This document shows, one piece after another, positions 34,300 through 34,672 of a stretch of 34,672 nucleotides of DNA. Under the pieces are notes generated by a model. The model did not search any database, was not told the DNA's origin, and saw nothing but the letters and a program-made list of their open reading frames with translations. The translations under genes and the position numbers were made by a program. The stretch covers positions 34,432,850-34,467,521 of the forward strand of contig NC_068988.1 in assembly GCF_001194135.2 (NCBI RefSeq), written 5' to 3'. Source of the DNA: Octopus bimaculoides (taxonomy: Eukaryota). Position 1 is the first letter of the stretch. Every line of letters starts with the position of its first letter.

Positions 34300-34512
34300 T
34301 GTATGTGTGTTTGTCTTTGTTTTGTCCTACATCATCGTTTGAAAACCGGTGTTGGCATGTTTACGTCCCCATAGTTTAGCGGTTTGGCATAAGACACGAA
34401 CAGAGGAAGTAAAAAAAATAGGTAGTAGGGTCGATCCATTCGACTAAAAATACATCAAGGTGATACTCCAGCATGGCCGTTGTCTAAAGACTGAAACAAG
34501 TGGGAGGTAAAA
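34300..34512 (+). mobile_element. Family D SINE 3' half after (GT)n
   Basis: atcgtttgaaaaccggtgttggcatgtttacgtcccc...ttagcggtttggc...ggggtcgatccattcgactaaaa...ctccagcatggcc...gactgaaacaag. Confidence 0.8.
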
Positions 34513-34514
34513 GT

Positions 34515-34553
<39 letters not shown>

Positions 34554-34554
<1 letters not shown>

Positions 34555-34672
34555 TGTGGTTTGTGGTAACAAGCTTGCTTCTCAACCACATGGTTCCGGG
34601 TTCAGTCCCACTGCGTGACAACTTGGGCAACTATCTTCTAATATAGCTTCGGACCAGTCAAAGCCTTGTCAG
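34554..34672 (+). mobile_element. Family D SINE head (cut by window end)
   Basis: tgtggtaacaagcttgcttctcaaccacatggttccgggttcagtcccactgcgtgacaacttgggcaac: tRNA-like head with B-box-like ggttcagtccc. Confidence 0.85.

Overview
AT-rich, microsatellite-dense eukaryotic non-coding DNA with 7 assembly gaps. The SINE families and repeat landscape look like an octopus (coleoid cephalopod) genome; this is an inference from recognition, not a search. No intact host protein-coding gene can be supported, and most listed ORFs are low-complexity or gap-spanning artefacts. Mobile content: about 18 copies or fragments of one tRNA-headed SINE family (here 'A'), two further tRNA-headed families ('C', 'D'), and a (CAA)n-tailed dispersed repeat ('B') in head-to-tail chains. 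There are four dead autonomous relics: an R4/Dong-clade non-LTR retrotransposon 3' end beside (TAA)n, a hAT transposase, a mariner transposase and a DD37D (maT) transposase. The most notable signal is three unrelated head-to-head palindromic elements (8.44-8.71, 9.16-9.61 and 28.86-29.02 kb). Each arm carries a minimal type-I hammerhead-ribozyme-like motif of the kind known from Penelope-like elements. One has a compensated G3:C8 core. Another is bounded by a 14-bp target-site duplication and is fused to a tRNA B-box-like fragment. Coordinates of degenerate repeats are approximate (about +/-10 nt).
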